39,658 bases of DNA from positions 1 through 39,658 of the forward strand of contig CAWJSK010000005.1 of the NCBI GenBank assembly GCA_963845535.1, written 5' to 3'. The notes below the pieces were generated by a model. That model ran no database searches. It was given only the letters and a program-made list of their open reading frames with translations, and had not been told where the DNA came from. How positions within the stretch are numbered: position 1 is the stretch's first letter; each line of letters opens with the position of its first letter. Shown here one piece after another: positions 26,712 to 35,786 of this stretch. This DNA is from an uncultured Spirochaetota bacterium (GTDB lineage Bacteria; Spirochaetota; Spirochaetia; SZUA-6; Fen-1364). Position numbers and translations under genes: made by a program.

Positions 26712-27512
26712 CTAACTGTCTGATGGACTTGGCCGACCGGCGCGCTCCTCCGCGCGGGCGCTGGCGCGAAATGCGGCAAGCAGCGCGCCGTTGAGGAGGT
26801 ATAACCGAGAAGCAATAGAAACGAGATCCGAGACGGCTCCGTGGGCATTAAGCCTGAGCAAGAGCTGATAGTGCTCCATGATATCTTCGGGGATGAGAAG
26901 CAAAAGTCCTATCCCGGTGAGAAGGTAGGGACTGCTCCCCCGCGCAAGCCCAATCCCAAGGACCAGGAAAGCAAGCGGCACCACCAGAATGGTATCCAGC
27001 AGCGGCCGAACAAGACGCAGCAGGTGCTTTGTGGATGAGTGAACGCGGGGCCCCTCGGAGACGAGCAGCCAGGGGAGAAAGACGATGGCAAAGACCACGA
27101 GGAGCGTCAACACTGCCGTGCCGGTGAAGATCAGCCGGCTGCGCCGCGGCAGGACAAGGATCCGTACGGGGGATGAAATGAGGATCGTAAAAAACAGCAA
27201 TGGAAAGAACGCGATAACCGACAGCAGCTCCTCCATCCAGGAGTCCCCTTCCGGCAAGAACGTGTCGACAGCCGATCCAATGAAGAGGACCGTCAAGCCG
27301 CAGAAGAGGAAAAGCCAGCCGCACATCAGCAGAGTGTTCTCCCTCGTGCGCCAGGAGGCTCCCAGAGTTGCGCCCAGGGTCACCACGGAGAGCGCCGTCG
27401 TGAGCGCCGCGGACCCTGAGATCTCCCTGACCAGCTCGACAGGGAGCACGGCATTCAGGGCCGAAAGCCCCGCCACCACGACAAGGGGATACAGAGCCAG
27501 AAAGATCACCAT
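26712..27512 (-). CDS. Polytopic membrane protein of unknown function
   Basis: About 7-8 hydrophobic segments. Overlaps the upstream gene stop by 7 nt. Confidence 0.7.
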   Translation of the reverse strand: MVIFLALYPLVVVAGLSALNAVLPVELVREISGSAALTTALSVVTLGATLGASWRTRENTLLMCGWLFLFCGLTVLFIGSAVDTFLPEGDSWMEELLSVIAFFPLLFFTILISSPVRILVLPRRSRLIFTGTAVLTLLVVFAIVFLPWLLVSEGPRVHSSTKHLLRLVRPLLDTILVVPLAFLVLGIGLARGSSPYLLTGIGLLLLIPEDIMEHYQLLLRLNAHGAVSDLVSIASRLYLLNGALLAAFRASARAEERAGRPSPSDS

Positions 27513-28237
27513 CGTCTTTTTCGTACCTTTCCGCCGAGCGCGCGCGCGGCGCGCTCCTCCAGGACGCGAAGAAGCTTCTGGGGGCTGTCGAAGAATCGTG
27601 AGAACAATATGCCGGCGGCCCCATCGCCCTGATGTACCACGTCCGCCGAGACCTCTACATCCACGGCGCCGATTGAAAAAGTCGCAATGGGCAAAAAAGC
27701 GCGCGGGGTGAGAGCGCTGAGAGCCTCGTTCGTTTCCGCGGAAACCTTCACGCCCTTTTCGCCGAAGTTCCGCACAGCGAATGACTCCTCTTTTCCCGGA
27801 TCCCCCGTTTTAAGAACCGCAACCGTGTTCTCAGGGACCGTAAAGCGCGGAGATGCGCGGCGCGCTCGGAGCTTCATCTGCCGAAGGGCAAGATCGAGGA
27901 GCCGCGGCGTATGCTCCTCTTTTCGGAAAGGCTTCACGATGACCCCGGCCACCTTGAGCGCCACTGCCTCGTGTGCGTCGTTGAAGTTGAACCGGGTGGC
28001 AAGAAGGACAAGAGATGGTGGGCGGCTGCGCGCGAAAAGGCCCGCCGCGAGCGCCCTCCATTCGTGCGCCATCCCGTCTGCGTCCATGACCACAAGGGAA
28101 GGCGAAGAATCAAGCCCGAGCACGGCCTCCGAAAGCTCGCTGCACTCCATGACCTGGAAATCCAGGGCGACAAGGGACTGGGCTATGGGTTGCCTGACAA
28201 TGAGCGTTTTCGAGAAGACAACGGCCTTTAGCGACAT
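27506..28237 (-). CDS. Atypical receiver-like domain fused to a PilZ-like domain
   Basis: LVVMD...VIVKPF receiver pattern without the N-terminal acidic pair. RRASPR (RxxxR) and NFGEKG (degenerate D/NxSxxG). Confidence 0.65.
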   Translation of the reverse strand: MSLKAVVFSKTLIVRQPIAQSLVALDFQVMECSELSEAVLGLDSSPSLVVMDADGMAHEWRALAAGLFARSRPPSLVLLATRFNFNDAHEAVALKVAGVIVKPFRKEEHTPRLLDLALRQMKLRARRASPRFTVPENTVAVLKTGDPGKEESFAVRNFGEKGVKVSAETNEALSALTPRAFLPIATFSIGAVDVEVSADVVHQGDGAAGILFSRFFDSPQKLLRVLEERAARALGGKVRKRRW

Positions 28238-28328
28238 GACGGCCTCATCCTAACGCAATCCGCCGTTGCTCGTCGATAGACGCGTCGCGCGACGTGTCAG
28301 GGTTCCGGACCCTGGGAGAGCAATCGTC

Positions 28329-28988
28329 TCAAGTCAAGTTTTTCGCAACCATCAAGTAGGCGTGCCAATTCAGCTTGGCCCATTTGGAAACGATCAACCC
28401 GGCCGAGTCCGCGAGCCTGAACATTTCCTTCTTTGAGTAATAGTGGACCGTTCCATCATTCATGAACGGGATCAGCATATTCATCAACAGCATCACAGGG
28501 GTCGGCCCCAGAGGATCAGCCATCATGATCCTTCCCTGAGGAGACAGAACCCTCTGCATCTCCTTGAAAACAATGGTGGGGTTTGGATGGTGATGGAAGC
28601 TGAACGTGCACAAGACCAGATCAAACGAACCGCTCTTGAAGGGCAGTTTCTCCGAGTCGGAGACCGTGAGGTCCGCGGCGTCTCCAAGCTTTGCCTGGGC
28701 AACCTTGATCATTTCTTTGGAAATGTCAATTCCGAAAAGCTTGGCGTCTTTCTTACCCTCGTGGATCATCATCAGCAGCGCACCCGTTCCACACCCAATG
28801 TCCAGAACCGTCTTGAACGGTTGGCTGAGCGCTTCTGCGACGATCTTGGGATAGCTTTCTCTCAGCGAGGAGTATCGTCGAGACTGATCATAATTCGCCG
28901 CGTCCTTGCTGAACTCGATGTTGGAGAGCGTTTTCTTGTCATTCTTCAAAGGGGGTGCTCCTATCATAGAGGGAGACGAGGAAAGCAT
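28329..28988 (-). CDS. Class I SAM-dependent methyltransferase (UbiE-like fold)
   Basis: VLDIGCGTG, GIDIS, LPFKSGSFDLV, FHHHPNP, RVLSPQG. Confidence 0.9.
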   Translation of the reverse strand: MLSSSPSMIGAPPLKNDKKTLSNIEFSKDAANYDQSRRYSSLRESYPKIVAEALSQPFKTVLDIGCGTGALLMMIHEGKKDAKLFGIDISKEMIKVAQAKLGDAADLTVSDSEKLPFKSGSFDLVLCTFSFHHHPNPTIVFKEMQRVLSPQGRIMMADPLGPTPVMLLMNMLIPFMNDGTVHYYSKKEMFRLADSAGLIVSKWAKLNWHAYLMVAKNLT

Positions 28989-29080
28989 GGTTTTATTGCC
29001 AACAGCGCAAGCCTCGGCCGCGCTCAGTCCCCGTTGTACCGTTTTTCGCGCCGGCGCCTTGGGATGACCAAACGGGAAGC

Positions 29081-29122
29081 TTGACTGGCGCGGTAACCAT
29101 AGTTAGTTTATGACCATGGTTA
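29081..29122 (+). promoter_or_regulatory. Promoter with tandem TAACCATGGTTA-like operator
   Basis: TTGACT, 17 bp, TAGTTT. TAACCATAGTTA (29094-29105) and TGACCATGGTTA (29111-29122). Confidence 0.7.
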
Positions 29123-29162
29123 GGAGCTTGCAGACCGTGCCTCACACAAGCAGGAGGGTAAG

Positions 29163-29888
29163 ATGAAAATCCGGAAGATTTCCGAACACATTTACAGTCT
29201 GGGAATATGGATCATAATTCCGATTCATGTCTGGATCGTTGTAGAGGATGACGGCGTGACACTTGTGGATGCCGGCATCGGACCCATGGCGCGCGGCATT
29301 CTTCGATTCGTGGATCGGCTCGGCAAAGGGAAATTGAAAAGAATACTTCTGACGCACGGACACTCAGACCATATCGGCGCCGTCGCGTTGCTGAAAAAGA
29401 GTCACGACATTCCGGTGCTGGTGCACCCGATAGAGATGCCGTATATGGAGGGCCGGCTTCCCTATCTCAGGAGGCGCAAGGCAGTGGAGTTTCTACCCAA
29501 GGGTGTCGCGACTCCGCTCGATCTTGACGCTGACGGCAGGCCCGCCAGGGTAGGACGGCTTCGGCCCTTCCTGACACCGGGACACTCCCCCGGCCACGTT
29601 GTCTATGTGCATGAAGATGACGGCGTGATGCTTGCGGGTGACCTTTTCACTTCGCGGAGGGGAAGGCTGCGAAGGCCCATCCCTCCATTTACCGGCGACA
29701 TGGCGGAAGCCATTCGGAGCAGCTCTGTTTTGGAGGTGGTACGACCACGGCAGCTCGAGGTGTGCCACGGAGACTCTTCGGTCATGAACCCGGCAGAACA
29801 GCTCCAAGCGTACCTGAAGGAAACGCGGAATCTGGCGGAAAAGCGGACCTCTGTAAAAAGCCCAGGGTTGAGGCGTGCCGCTGAATAG
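29163..29888 (+). CDS. MBL-fold metallo-hydrolase
   Basis: LVDAG, THGHSDHIG (HxHxDH), PGHSPGH, AGD, CHG; AGGAGG RBS. Confidence 0.92.
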   Translation: MKIRKISEHIYSLGIWIIIPIHVWIVVEDDGVTLVDAGIGPMARGILRFVDRLGKGKLKRILLTHGHSDHIGAVALLKKSHDIPVLVHPIEMPYMEGRLPYLRRRKAVEFLPKGVATPLDLDADGRPARVGRLRPFLTPGHSPGHVVYVHEDDGVMLAGDLFTSRRGRLRRPIPPFTGDMAEAIRSSSVLEVVRPRQLEVCHGDSSVMNPAEQLQAYLKETRNLAEKRTSVKSPGLRRAAE

Positions 29889-29928
29889 CGGGAAGACCAT
29901 TGCGCATCATCGTCTTGATTTGACACGC

Positions 29929-31017
29929 ATGCAGCCTGAAGACATTCTGTCCCGACGCCTCTCCAGCCAACGTCTTGAGGGGCGCCGTTTTTCAGATCCG
30001 CGTGAGGCGGTAGGATCGTTCTGCGCGGTCCAGGCACAGGATTTTTCCGGGGCTGCCTGGGCAGTATGCCAGCGGCTCAACCAGGTGACTGCGGCGGGTT
30101 TTGCCGGTGCGTTCGATCATGGCGATATTTTGCGTACCCATGTCATGCGGCCTACCTGGCATCTGGTGGCCGCGGAGGATATCCGTTGGTTGACCGACCT
30201 GGCGCGGCCCCGTTTGCTCCAATCGCTAGGCCATTACTTCCGTCAATTCAACCTTGACAAAAGAGCGCTTGGAAAAGCGAATGGTGTCATTCTCAAAGTG
30301 CTGGAAGGCGGCAACCAGCTCACCCGCAGCGAGCTTGCGGCCTGCCTGGCCCGGAAGGGGATTGACGTACAAAACGGCGTCCGCGTTTCACATGTTCTGA
30401 TCCACGCCGAAGCCTCAGGGCTCATATGCAGCGGCGCGCCGCGGGGCAAGCAGCAGACGTACGCGCTTCTGGATGAGCGGGCGCCCCACGCACTAACGCT
30501 GGACCGTGAGGCGTCCCTGGCAGAGCTCGCCCGGCGCTATTTCACAAGCCATGGCCCCGCAACAGTTGATGATTACCGCTGGTGGTCCGGCCTCACAAAA
30601 GGTGAAGCGCTGGCTGGCTTGGAGTCGGTCAAACAGATGCTCCATCATGAGCGCGTTGATGGCCAGATATATTGGTTCGGGACGGACCGCTCCAAGGCGT
30701 CCTCCGTTCAGCTCCACGCCCACTTGCTTCCGAATTACGATGAATACGTAGTGGCCTACACGGACCGCGGCAGCTTGTTTGACCGTCGGCATACCACCCA
30801 TCTCGACAGCCGCAGGAATCCGTTGTTCAATAACGTGCTTATCCTCGGGGGTAGGATAGCCGGCACCTGGAAGAAGACCGTGCGCCGCTCCAGTCTGACG
30901 TTGGAGCTCGCCATATTCGGGCGAATGACCGCTGAGGAACGAAGCAGTGTACGCGCCGCGGCCGAACAATACGCGGAATACCTACAGGTGCCCGATGTGA
31001 CTGTAGTCGGCATATGA
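29929..31017 (+). CDS. Winged-helix HTH_42 DNA glycosylase, AlkZ-like
   Basis: VQAQD (QxQ), RTHVMRPTWH, RYFTSHGPAT..D..WWSGL, LLPNYDEY. Confidence 0.85.
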   Translation: MQPEDILSRRLSSQRLEGRRFSDPREAVGSFCAVQAQDFSGAAWAVCQRLNQVTAAGFAGAFDHGDILRTHVMRPTWHLVAAEDIRWLTDLARPRLLQSLGHYFRQFNLDKRALGKANGVILKVLEGGNQLTRSELAACLARKGIDVQNGVRVSHVLIHAEASGLICSGAPRGKQQTYALLDERAPHALTLDREASLAELARRYFTSHGPATVDDYRWWSGLTKGEALAGLESVKQMLHHERVDGQIYWFGTDRSKASSVQLHAHLLPNYDEYVVAYTDRGSLFDRRHTTHLDSRRNPLFNNVLILGGRIAGTWKKTVRRSSLTLELAIFGRMTAEERSSVRAAAEQYAEYLQVPDVTVVGI

Positions 31018-31067
31018 GAAAGACGCCGCGCTGGCAACTGGCCTGAAAAAGGAGAGATCGTACCTAC

Positions 31068-31709
31068 ATGGAAAGCGGCAAAGCGCCGGTGAGAAGAAGC
31101 GCCCTACGCTCCAAGGAAACGCGTGATGCGATTCTGACAGCCGCGTCCAAGTTGTTTTCCAAGAAGGGCTACCACGACGTTACAATGCGTCAGATCGCGG
31201 TGGAGGCCGCGTGCTCTCATACCGCAATCTACCAGTACTTTGCGAGCAAGGAGATCCTGCTGTTCGAGCTCTCCGCGCCCCATCTGGAAAGGCTACGGCA
31301 TGCGCTGGAGACGGTCAGGGACAACCAGGACATCGAGCACCGGGAGCGGCTTTCGCAGGTCGGCCTGAACTTTGTCAGCTTTGGCCTGGAACACCGGACA
31401 CTGATGCGCGTGCTGGTGCAGGTTGAAGCGTCACGCGTGGACGAGATTTCCCCAGGAAGCCGCATAAACGAGTTCCGGCTGTCCATATTCGCCATAATCA
31501 AGTCAGTCCTTGCTGACGCGCTTTCCCTTGCTGCAGACGACGAACAGCTCTTGGTGTTCTCCCGAACGTTCTTTTATCTGCTTGAGGGCATCGTCATGAC
31601 CTACGAGCTGTCCAAGGAATCCTCGAAAGAGCTTCTGAAACGGCTTCGCCCGACTTTCATCGCCGGCTTTGACGCATGCCTTTCCGGTTTTCGCGCGGAG
31701 ATACGGTGA
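31068..31709 (+). CDS. TetR/AcrR family regulator
   Basis: ILTAASKLFSKKGY..VTMRQIA..AACSHTAIYQYFASKE. Confidence 0.9.
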   Translation: MESGKAPVRRSALRSKETRDAILTAASKLFSKKGYHDVTMRQIAVEAACSHTAIYQYFASKEILLFELSAPHLERLRHALETVRDNQDIEHRERLSQVGLNFVSFGLEHRTLMRVLVQVEASRVDEISPGSRINEFRLSIFAIIKSVLADALSLAADDEQLLVFSRTFFYLLEGIVMTYELSKESSKELLKRLRPTFIAGFDACLSGFRAEIR

Positions 31710-31770
31710 TAATCTGCTTTGCATCAAAGACTGCATCGTTGCCCATCTCATCCGACCATTTCGACTTTTG

Positions 31771-31851
31771 CTGCTGGTGATCAATTACATAGCCGATTTT
31801 CTGGAGTGCGGCAGCAAGCACCTTCCCCGAGATACGGGGAAGTCTGCTCAG
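31771..31851 (-). pseudogene. hicA: HicA toxin N-terminal remnant
   Basis: (L)SRLPRISGKVLAAALQKIGYVIDHQ lies immediately after hicB. CTGA occupies the usual ATGA overlap, and similarity ends before the GSH motif. Confidence 0.7.
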
Positions 31852-32060
31852 ATATTTACCTCAACGACTTCTTCATCGATAGATGGAGGGATGGGGTCAC
31901 CGTGTTTGCTGAGGCTTTCGAGGTAGCCCTTGATGGCATCACGGATATTTTCAAGCGCAAGGTCCCGGGTAGCTCCCTGGGAAATGCATCCTGGCAGGCT
32001 GGGGCATTCGGCCGTGAAAACGCCGTCTTCATCTGCACGCATCAGGATCCTGTATCGCAT
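31848..32060 (-). CDS. hicB: HicB family antitoxin (short form)
   Basis: DEDGVFTAECPSLPGCISQGATRDLALENIRDAI..YLESL...GDPIP. Confidence 0.9.
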   Translation of the reverse strand: MRYRILMRADEDGVFTAECPSLPGCISQGATRDLALENIRDAIKGYLESLSKHGDPIPPSIDEEVVEVNI

Positions 32061-32153
32061 CCACTTCTTCCGTGTTCCTTCCGCTAACATATTGCCCTCC
32101 ATTTGCAGCGTCAAGGAGAACATTACGCCCTTGAGGAGCCGACTGCTTGGGCG

Positions 32154-32445
32154 CTACGCCAGCTTGCGCACGCGCATGCCGCCGCCGATCTTGGTGACGC
32201 CGCTGCCTTCGTACGTTTTGTTTTCATGGACGATGATGATGCGGTCCAGGTCCTGCCCCGCCAGCTCGTAGAGCTTCTCCAGGCCCAGCACCATGCCCGT
32301 GAGGCTGCCCACGCCAAAACCCAGCGGCGTAAAGGCGCCGTCACCCTCAGGCGCAGGGAAGTTCCGCAGGGAGAATGCGCCGTCTCCCGCCGCAATCATC
32401 CTCCCGCGCGCCGTCCGCTCTATAACCGCAAACTGCCCTGGATGA
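32154..32445 (-). pseudogene. C-terminal fragment of an MBL-fold (AHL-lactonase-like) hydrolase
   Basis: HPGQFAVIERTARGRMIAAGD ... RIIIVHE matches the last MBL metal-ligand motifs. The HxHxDH half is absent. Confidence 0.5.
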
Positions 32446-32479
32446 TCTTGTTCTATAAGAGGTCGGAGAGGGTGCGCTC

Positions 32480-32656
32480 CTAGAAACCGTTCTTGACCAG
32501 AAGTTGCGTCTTCAGACTTTTCGCCTTCCGGATGATCTTGTCCACGACTTGTTTCTCAGCCTTGGGGTCTCTGGAGACATTGTCGAAAGTGTAGAGGTGC
32601 GATTTCCCTTTGATTTGTTTTATCGAGACGAGGCCATTCTTCTTCACTGTCGGCAT
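32480..32656 (-). CDS. Small basic hypothetical protein (58 aa)
   Basis: ATG preceded by GGAGGG, ~30 nt after the upstream gene on the same strand; Lys-rich. Confidence 0.55.
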   Translation of the reverse strand: MPTVKKNGLVSIKQIKGKSHLYTFDNVSRDPKAEKQVVDKIIRKAKSLKTQLLVKNGF

Positions 32657-32685
32657 TTCGCCCTCCAACTCTGTCAAAGCAGAAG

Positions 32686-33474
32686 CTACTTCGCCCTGAA
32701 GCGCCTGTCAAGGCGTTCCAGCATGGGCTTGCATTTGGTCAGTAGATGATCGGCGATTCGTTCTCCTACAGCGACACAAGTCCCGATGAACTTTTCTTCC
32801 CTGATTATGTCTGACTGTTGGAGATCCGCAAGGATGCCGTCGAAATTCAACACGCCCAGAAAGTCGCGCCTACCGCCGACTTTCCCGAACACCGGGATGC
32901 TCAACACCCACAGGATGTGGGTGGTCATTGCTATCTGCTCGGCGGAAAGATTCCACCGGGTGCGTAGTTGTTTAGCAGCAAGCTGGGTCTTGGGAGCGTA
33001 GACGGGCTTCCAGCACTCACTCATCGGGTCACCCATTGCCTTCTCCCATGCGACTCCCGCGCAGCCTTGGCCTTTTGCGAGCTCCATCTGATAGTCTGGG
33101 AATACTTTCATGTTGGCGCTGCAGAACATCTTCAACTTTTCGCCGATTCTCAGCATGACGTTTGCGCGGATGTGGTGCGTTGGCTCGCCATCGAACAGAA
33201 TCGATATCGCCGATACAAGGATGTCCTCCAAATCGGCGACGCCCTCCCTTGCGGCTTGAGCAGTGAGCGCCTGCCCTGCCCGGTGCTCCGCTCTGGCGTA
33301 GGAGACGATGCCAGGGCTTGCCGCTAGAATAAGCGCGGCCGACTTTATGAGAAGACGAGCCAAATCAGACGCGATGGTCGCCTTGACGGGATCCGAATCA
33401 ACTGCAATGGACAGCACAATGCCAACTAGTGCAACCGGAACGATGATGAAGAGTGTTCGTAATCCCTTGGACAT
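32686..33474 (-). CDS. 2-TM membrane protein with a GAF-like domain and no output domain
   Basis: Two N-terminal hydrophobic helices. GQGCAGVAW...VLSIPVF...LGVLNFD GAF pattern. Confidence 0.7.
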   Translation of the reverse strand: MSKGLRTLFIIVPVALVGIVLSIAVDSDPVKATIASDLARLLIKSAALILAASPGIVSYARAEHRAGQALTAQAAREGVADLEDILVSAISILFDGEPTHHIRANVMLRIGEKLKMFCSANMKVFPDYQMELAKGQGCAGVAWEKAMGDPMSECWKPVYAPKTQLAAKQLRTRWNLSAEQIAMTTHILWVLSIPVFGKVGGRRDFLGVLNFDGILADLQQSDIIREEKFIGTCVAVGERIADHLLTKCKPMLERLDRRFRAK

Positions 33475-33861
33475 TTTCGATCTTCCGCCTTTGGTCCGGG
33501 TGTTAGTATGATGTTTCTCCCTGTTCATCAGGAGACGATGAGCTCGTCAACTTGTTTCAAATAGGGAGTGTTGCCGGCCGAGATAGCGGAGCTTGGTCAT
33601 TGCTTTCTCCAAGGCTTCTTTCTCCCTCAGTATAGCATACCGGTGTGAAACTCTTCCTGCTTGCGCCGGCGTCATGACCATAGGAAATGCGACTGGTCGC
33701 AGCTGGAGAACCTCCTGTATTCACTGCGGGGACGTTCGCAGACGAGGGTCACGGGGTGAATGTGCGGAGCGGCTGCGCGCCCGTCAAAGCCGGGTGCGCA
33801 CCGCATCAGCGCTCGGCGAGCGCGAGTATGCTTTTGGCGTGCACGGCTTCCATGGATCCTT

Positions 33862-34086
33862 TCACGTAAGGCCCGCCTGCTCCATGCGAAACTTTAGGGC
33901 GTCTTGAGGCTCAGGTGGGTCGATGTGGTAGTGCTCATCCTCGTAGCGTTCGATAACGACGGCCAGTGCGTCCCTCTCATCGTATTCTGTGCTGCCCTTG
34001 GCAGCATCCAGCAGCTTCTCGAAGCTATCAAGCGCGGCCCTATAATCAGATTCATTTTTCAAGTCCTTAGGCGTGCTCATGGTCAT
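33862..34086 (-). pseudogene. higA: HigA-type antitoxin truncated before its HTH domain; no higB
   Basis: KNESDYRAAL..LAVVIERYEDEHY.IDPP.P.DALKFRMEQAGLT, then TGA followed by K-D (likely R-to-stop). Similarity is then lost. Confidence 0.8.
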
Positions 34087-34308
34087 ATGCCTCCGCGTCT
34101 ATGGCATTATATCATATTGCTTGTGCATCGCGAGCCGCATCGTCTCCCCTCAGACGCCGCCCCAGCTCACCGAGGGGGACGAGAGAGAGTGAAGCTGCTT
34201 TGAATGGCGTTGTCTATCGACAGGCAAGGTTCTCGTTGATTTCGTTGTGTCTGGGGACGGGCTAGGATTCAGTTTCCATTTGACCTTGGTTGAAATAGTC
34301 ACTACCAT

Positions 34309-34650
34309 ATGGTTGTGGATTATTTGGGAACTACGTTTGCGGCATTGTCTGACCCGACCAGGCGGGCAATGATCAAGAGGCTCTCGCAAAGCCCCGCGTC
34401 CGTTCACGGATTGACTGAACCGTTTGCACTCTCGCAGCAGATGATTTCAAAACACATTGCGTATTTAGTACGCGCACGGATAGTGAAGAAAACGAAGCGT
34501 GGGCGGGAGAGCGTGTGTACGCTGAGGCCAGAAGCGATAAAGGCCGTCAGCGACTGGGCGCTTGATTATCGCCGCTTCTGGGAAGAGAGCTTCGACAAGT
34601 TGGATGCAGTCCTGACGGAAATGAAGAGGAAGGAGGCGAAAGATGGCTGA
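34309..34650 (+). CDS. ArsR/SmtB family regulator
   Basis: FAALSDPTRRAMI, SQQMISKHI, YRRFWEESFDKLD. Start may be GTG 34315, after TTGACC-17-TACCAT. Confidence 0.92.
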   Translation: MVVDYLGTTFAALSDPTRRAMIKRLSQSPASVHGLTEPFALSQQMISKHIAYLVRARIVKKTKRGRESVCTLRPEAIKAVSDWALDYRRFWEESFDKLDAVLTEMKRKEAKDG

Positions 34651-35119
34651 ACGGACAACCAATCTTTTGCAGAATCTTGTGATCACCAGGATCTTTGACG
34701 CCCCCCGCGAGTTGGTTTGGAAGGCGTGGACCGACCCACGATTCGTGATGCAATGGTGGGGGCCGAAGGGCTTTACATCACCTTCTTGCAAGATCGATCT
34801 TCGCGTGGGAGGGCGGTACCTCTTTTGCATGAGAGCGCCTGACGGTCAGGAGTTCTGGAGTGGCGGCGAATACGTGGAGATCATAGCGCCAGAGAAGATC
34901 GTCTCAGTTCTGTTCTACGCGGATAAGAATGGGAAAGTTGAACGTGCGGACAGGAATGATGTTGAAGTGCGCGATGTGGTGACTTTCGAGGAGATCGGAA
35001 GCGGCCAGACGAAGCTCACGTTCAAACGCAGTCACTGGGATGTCGGAGAGGATGAAGGCTCGAACCAGATATTCGACAAACTGGCAGTGTTTGTTGCTGA
35101 GCTGGCAAAGGCCAAATGA
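34643..35119 (+). CDS. SRPBCC/AHSA1 domain protein
   Basis: LVITRIFDAPRELVWKAWTDP, WWGPKGF, IDLRVGGRY. Confidence 0.92.
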   Translation: MAERTTNLLQNLVITRIFDAPRELVWKAWTDPRFVMQWWGPKGFTSPSCKIDLRVGGRYLFCMRAPDGQEFWSGGEYVEIIAPEKIVSVLFYADKNGKVERADRNDVEVRDVVTFEEIGSGQTKLTFKRSHWDVGEDEGSNQIFDKLAVFVAELAKAK

Positions 35120-35210
35120 TCTATGACTTGACGTTGTTCACGCCCCTGACTACTTTCGGGTTCAAGGCGCGGCGGATGAAAGGATGAAAGCGTCCATCGC
35201 GCCTGCCGTT

Positions 35211-35774
35211 ATGCGAAAGGTAATCCTTGATACCATAATCTCCGTTGACGGTTACTACACGAGCTCGAAGAACCAGATAGACTGGTTCGACTTCGCCCTA
35301 GAGGAGATTGACTGGTCCAAGGACATCCTCCGCAGAGTCGACACAATGCTGTTCGGCCGCGTCACTTACGAGGAGTTCCGAAGCTTCTGGCCCACAGCCA
35401 CCCCATCCCCGGGGGGCTTCGACTCTGAAATCATCGGGCAGCTCAATGGAACCCTCAAGGTAGTTTTCTCACGCACGCTGGCAGATACGCCCTGGGAACC
35501 GGCGGCGTTAATACGGGAGGACCCCGCTTCTGCGGTGGCCAAGCTCAAACGGGAGCCCGGCAAGGATATGGTAGTGGTTGGGAGCGGGACGCTCGCGTCA
35601 GCTCTGGTGGGAAGCGGTCTGGTGGACGAGTACCGCATTCGCACACGCCCTATCATATTGGGCGCTGGCAAACCCATCTTTGTGGACCAGAACGCGCGGC
35701 ATAAACTCAAACTGATATCCGCCAGGACGTTTCAGAACGGTGTTGTCGCATTGCATTATGACCCCGTGCACTGA
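35211..35774 (+). CDS. Dihydrofolate reductase-like (RibD C-terminal) protein
   Basis: MRKVIL...SVDGY, LFGRVTYE, KVVFSRTL, GSGTL, LVDEY, PIILGAGKP. Alternative start at 35184. Confidence 0.9.
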   Translation: MRKVILDTIISVDGYYTSSKNQIDWFDFALEEIDWSKDILRRVDTMLFGRVTYEEFRSFWPTATPSPGGFDSEIIGQLNGTLKVVFSRTLADTPWEPAALIREDPASAVAKLKREPGKDMVVVGSGTLASALVGSGLVDEYRIRTRPIILGAGKPIFVDQNARHKLKLISARTFQNGVVALHYDPVH

Positions 35775-35786
35775 GGGGGGGCTCGT

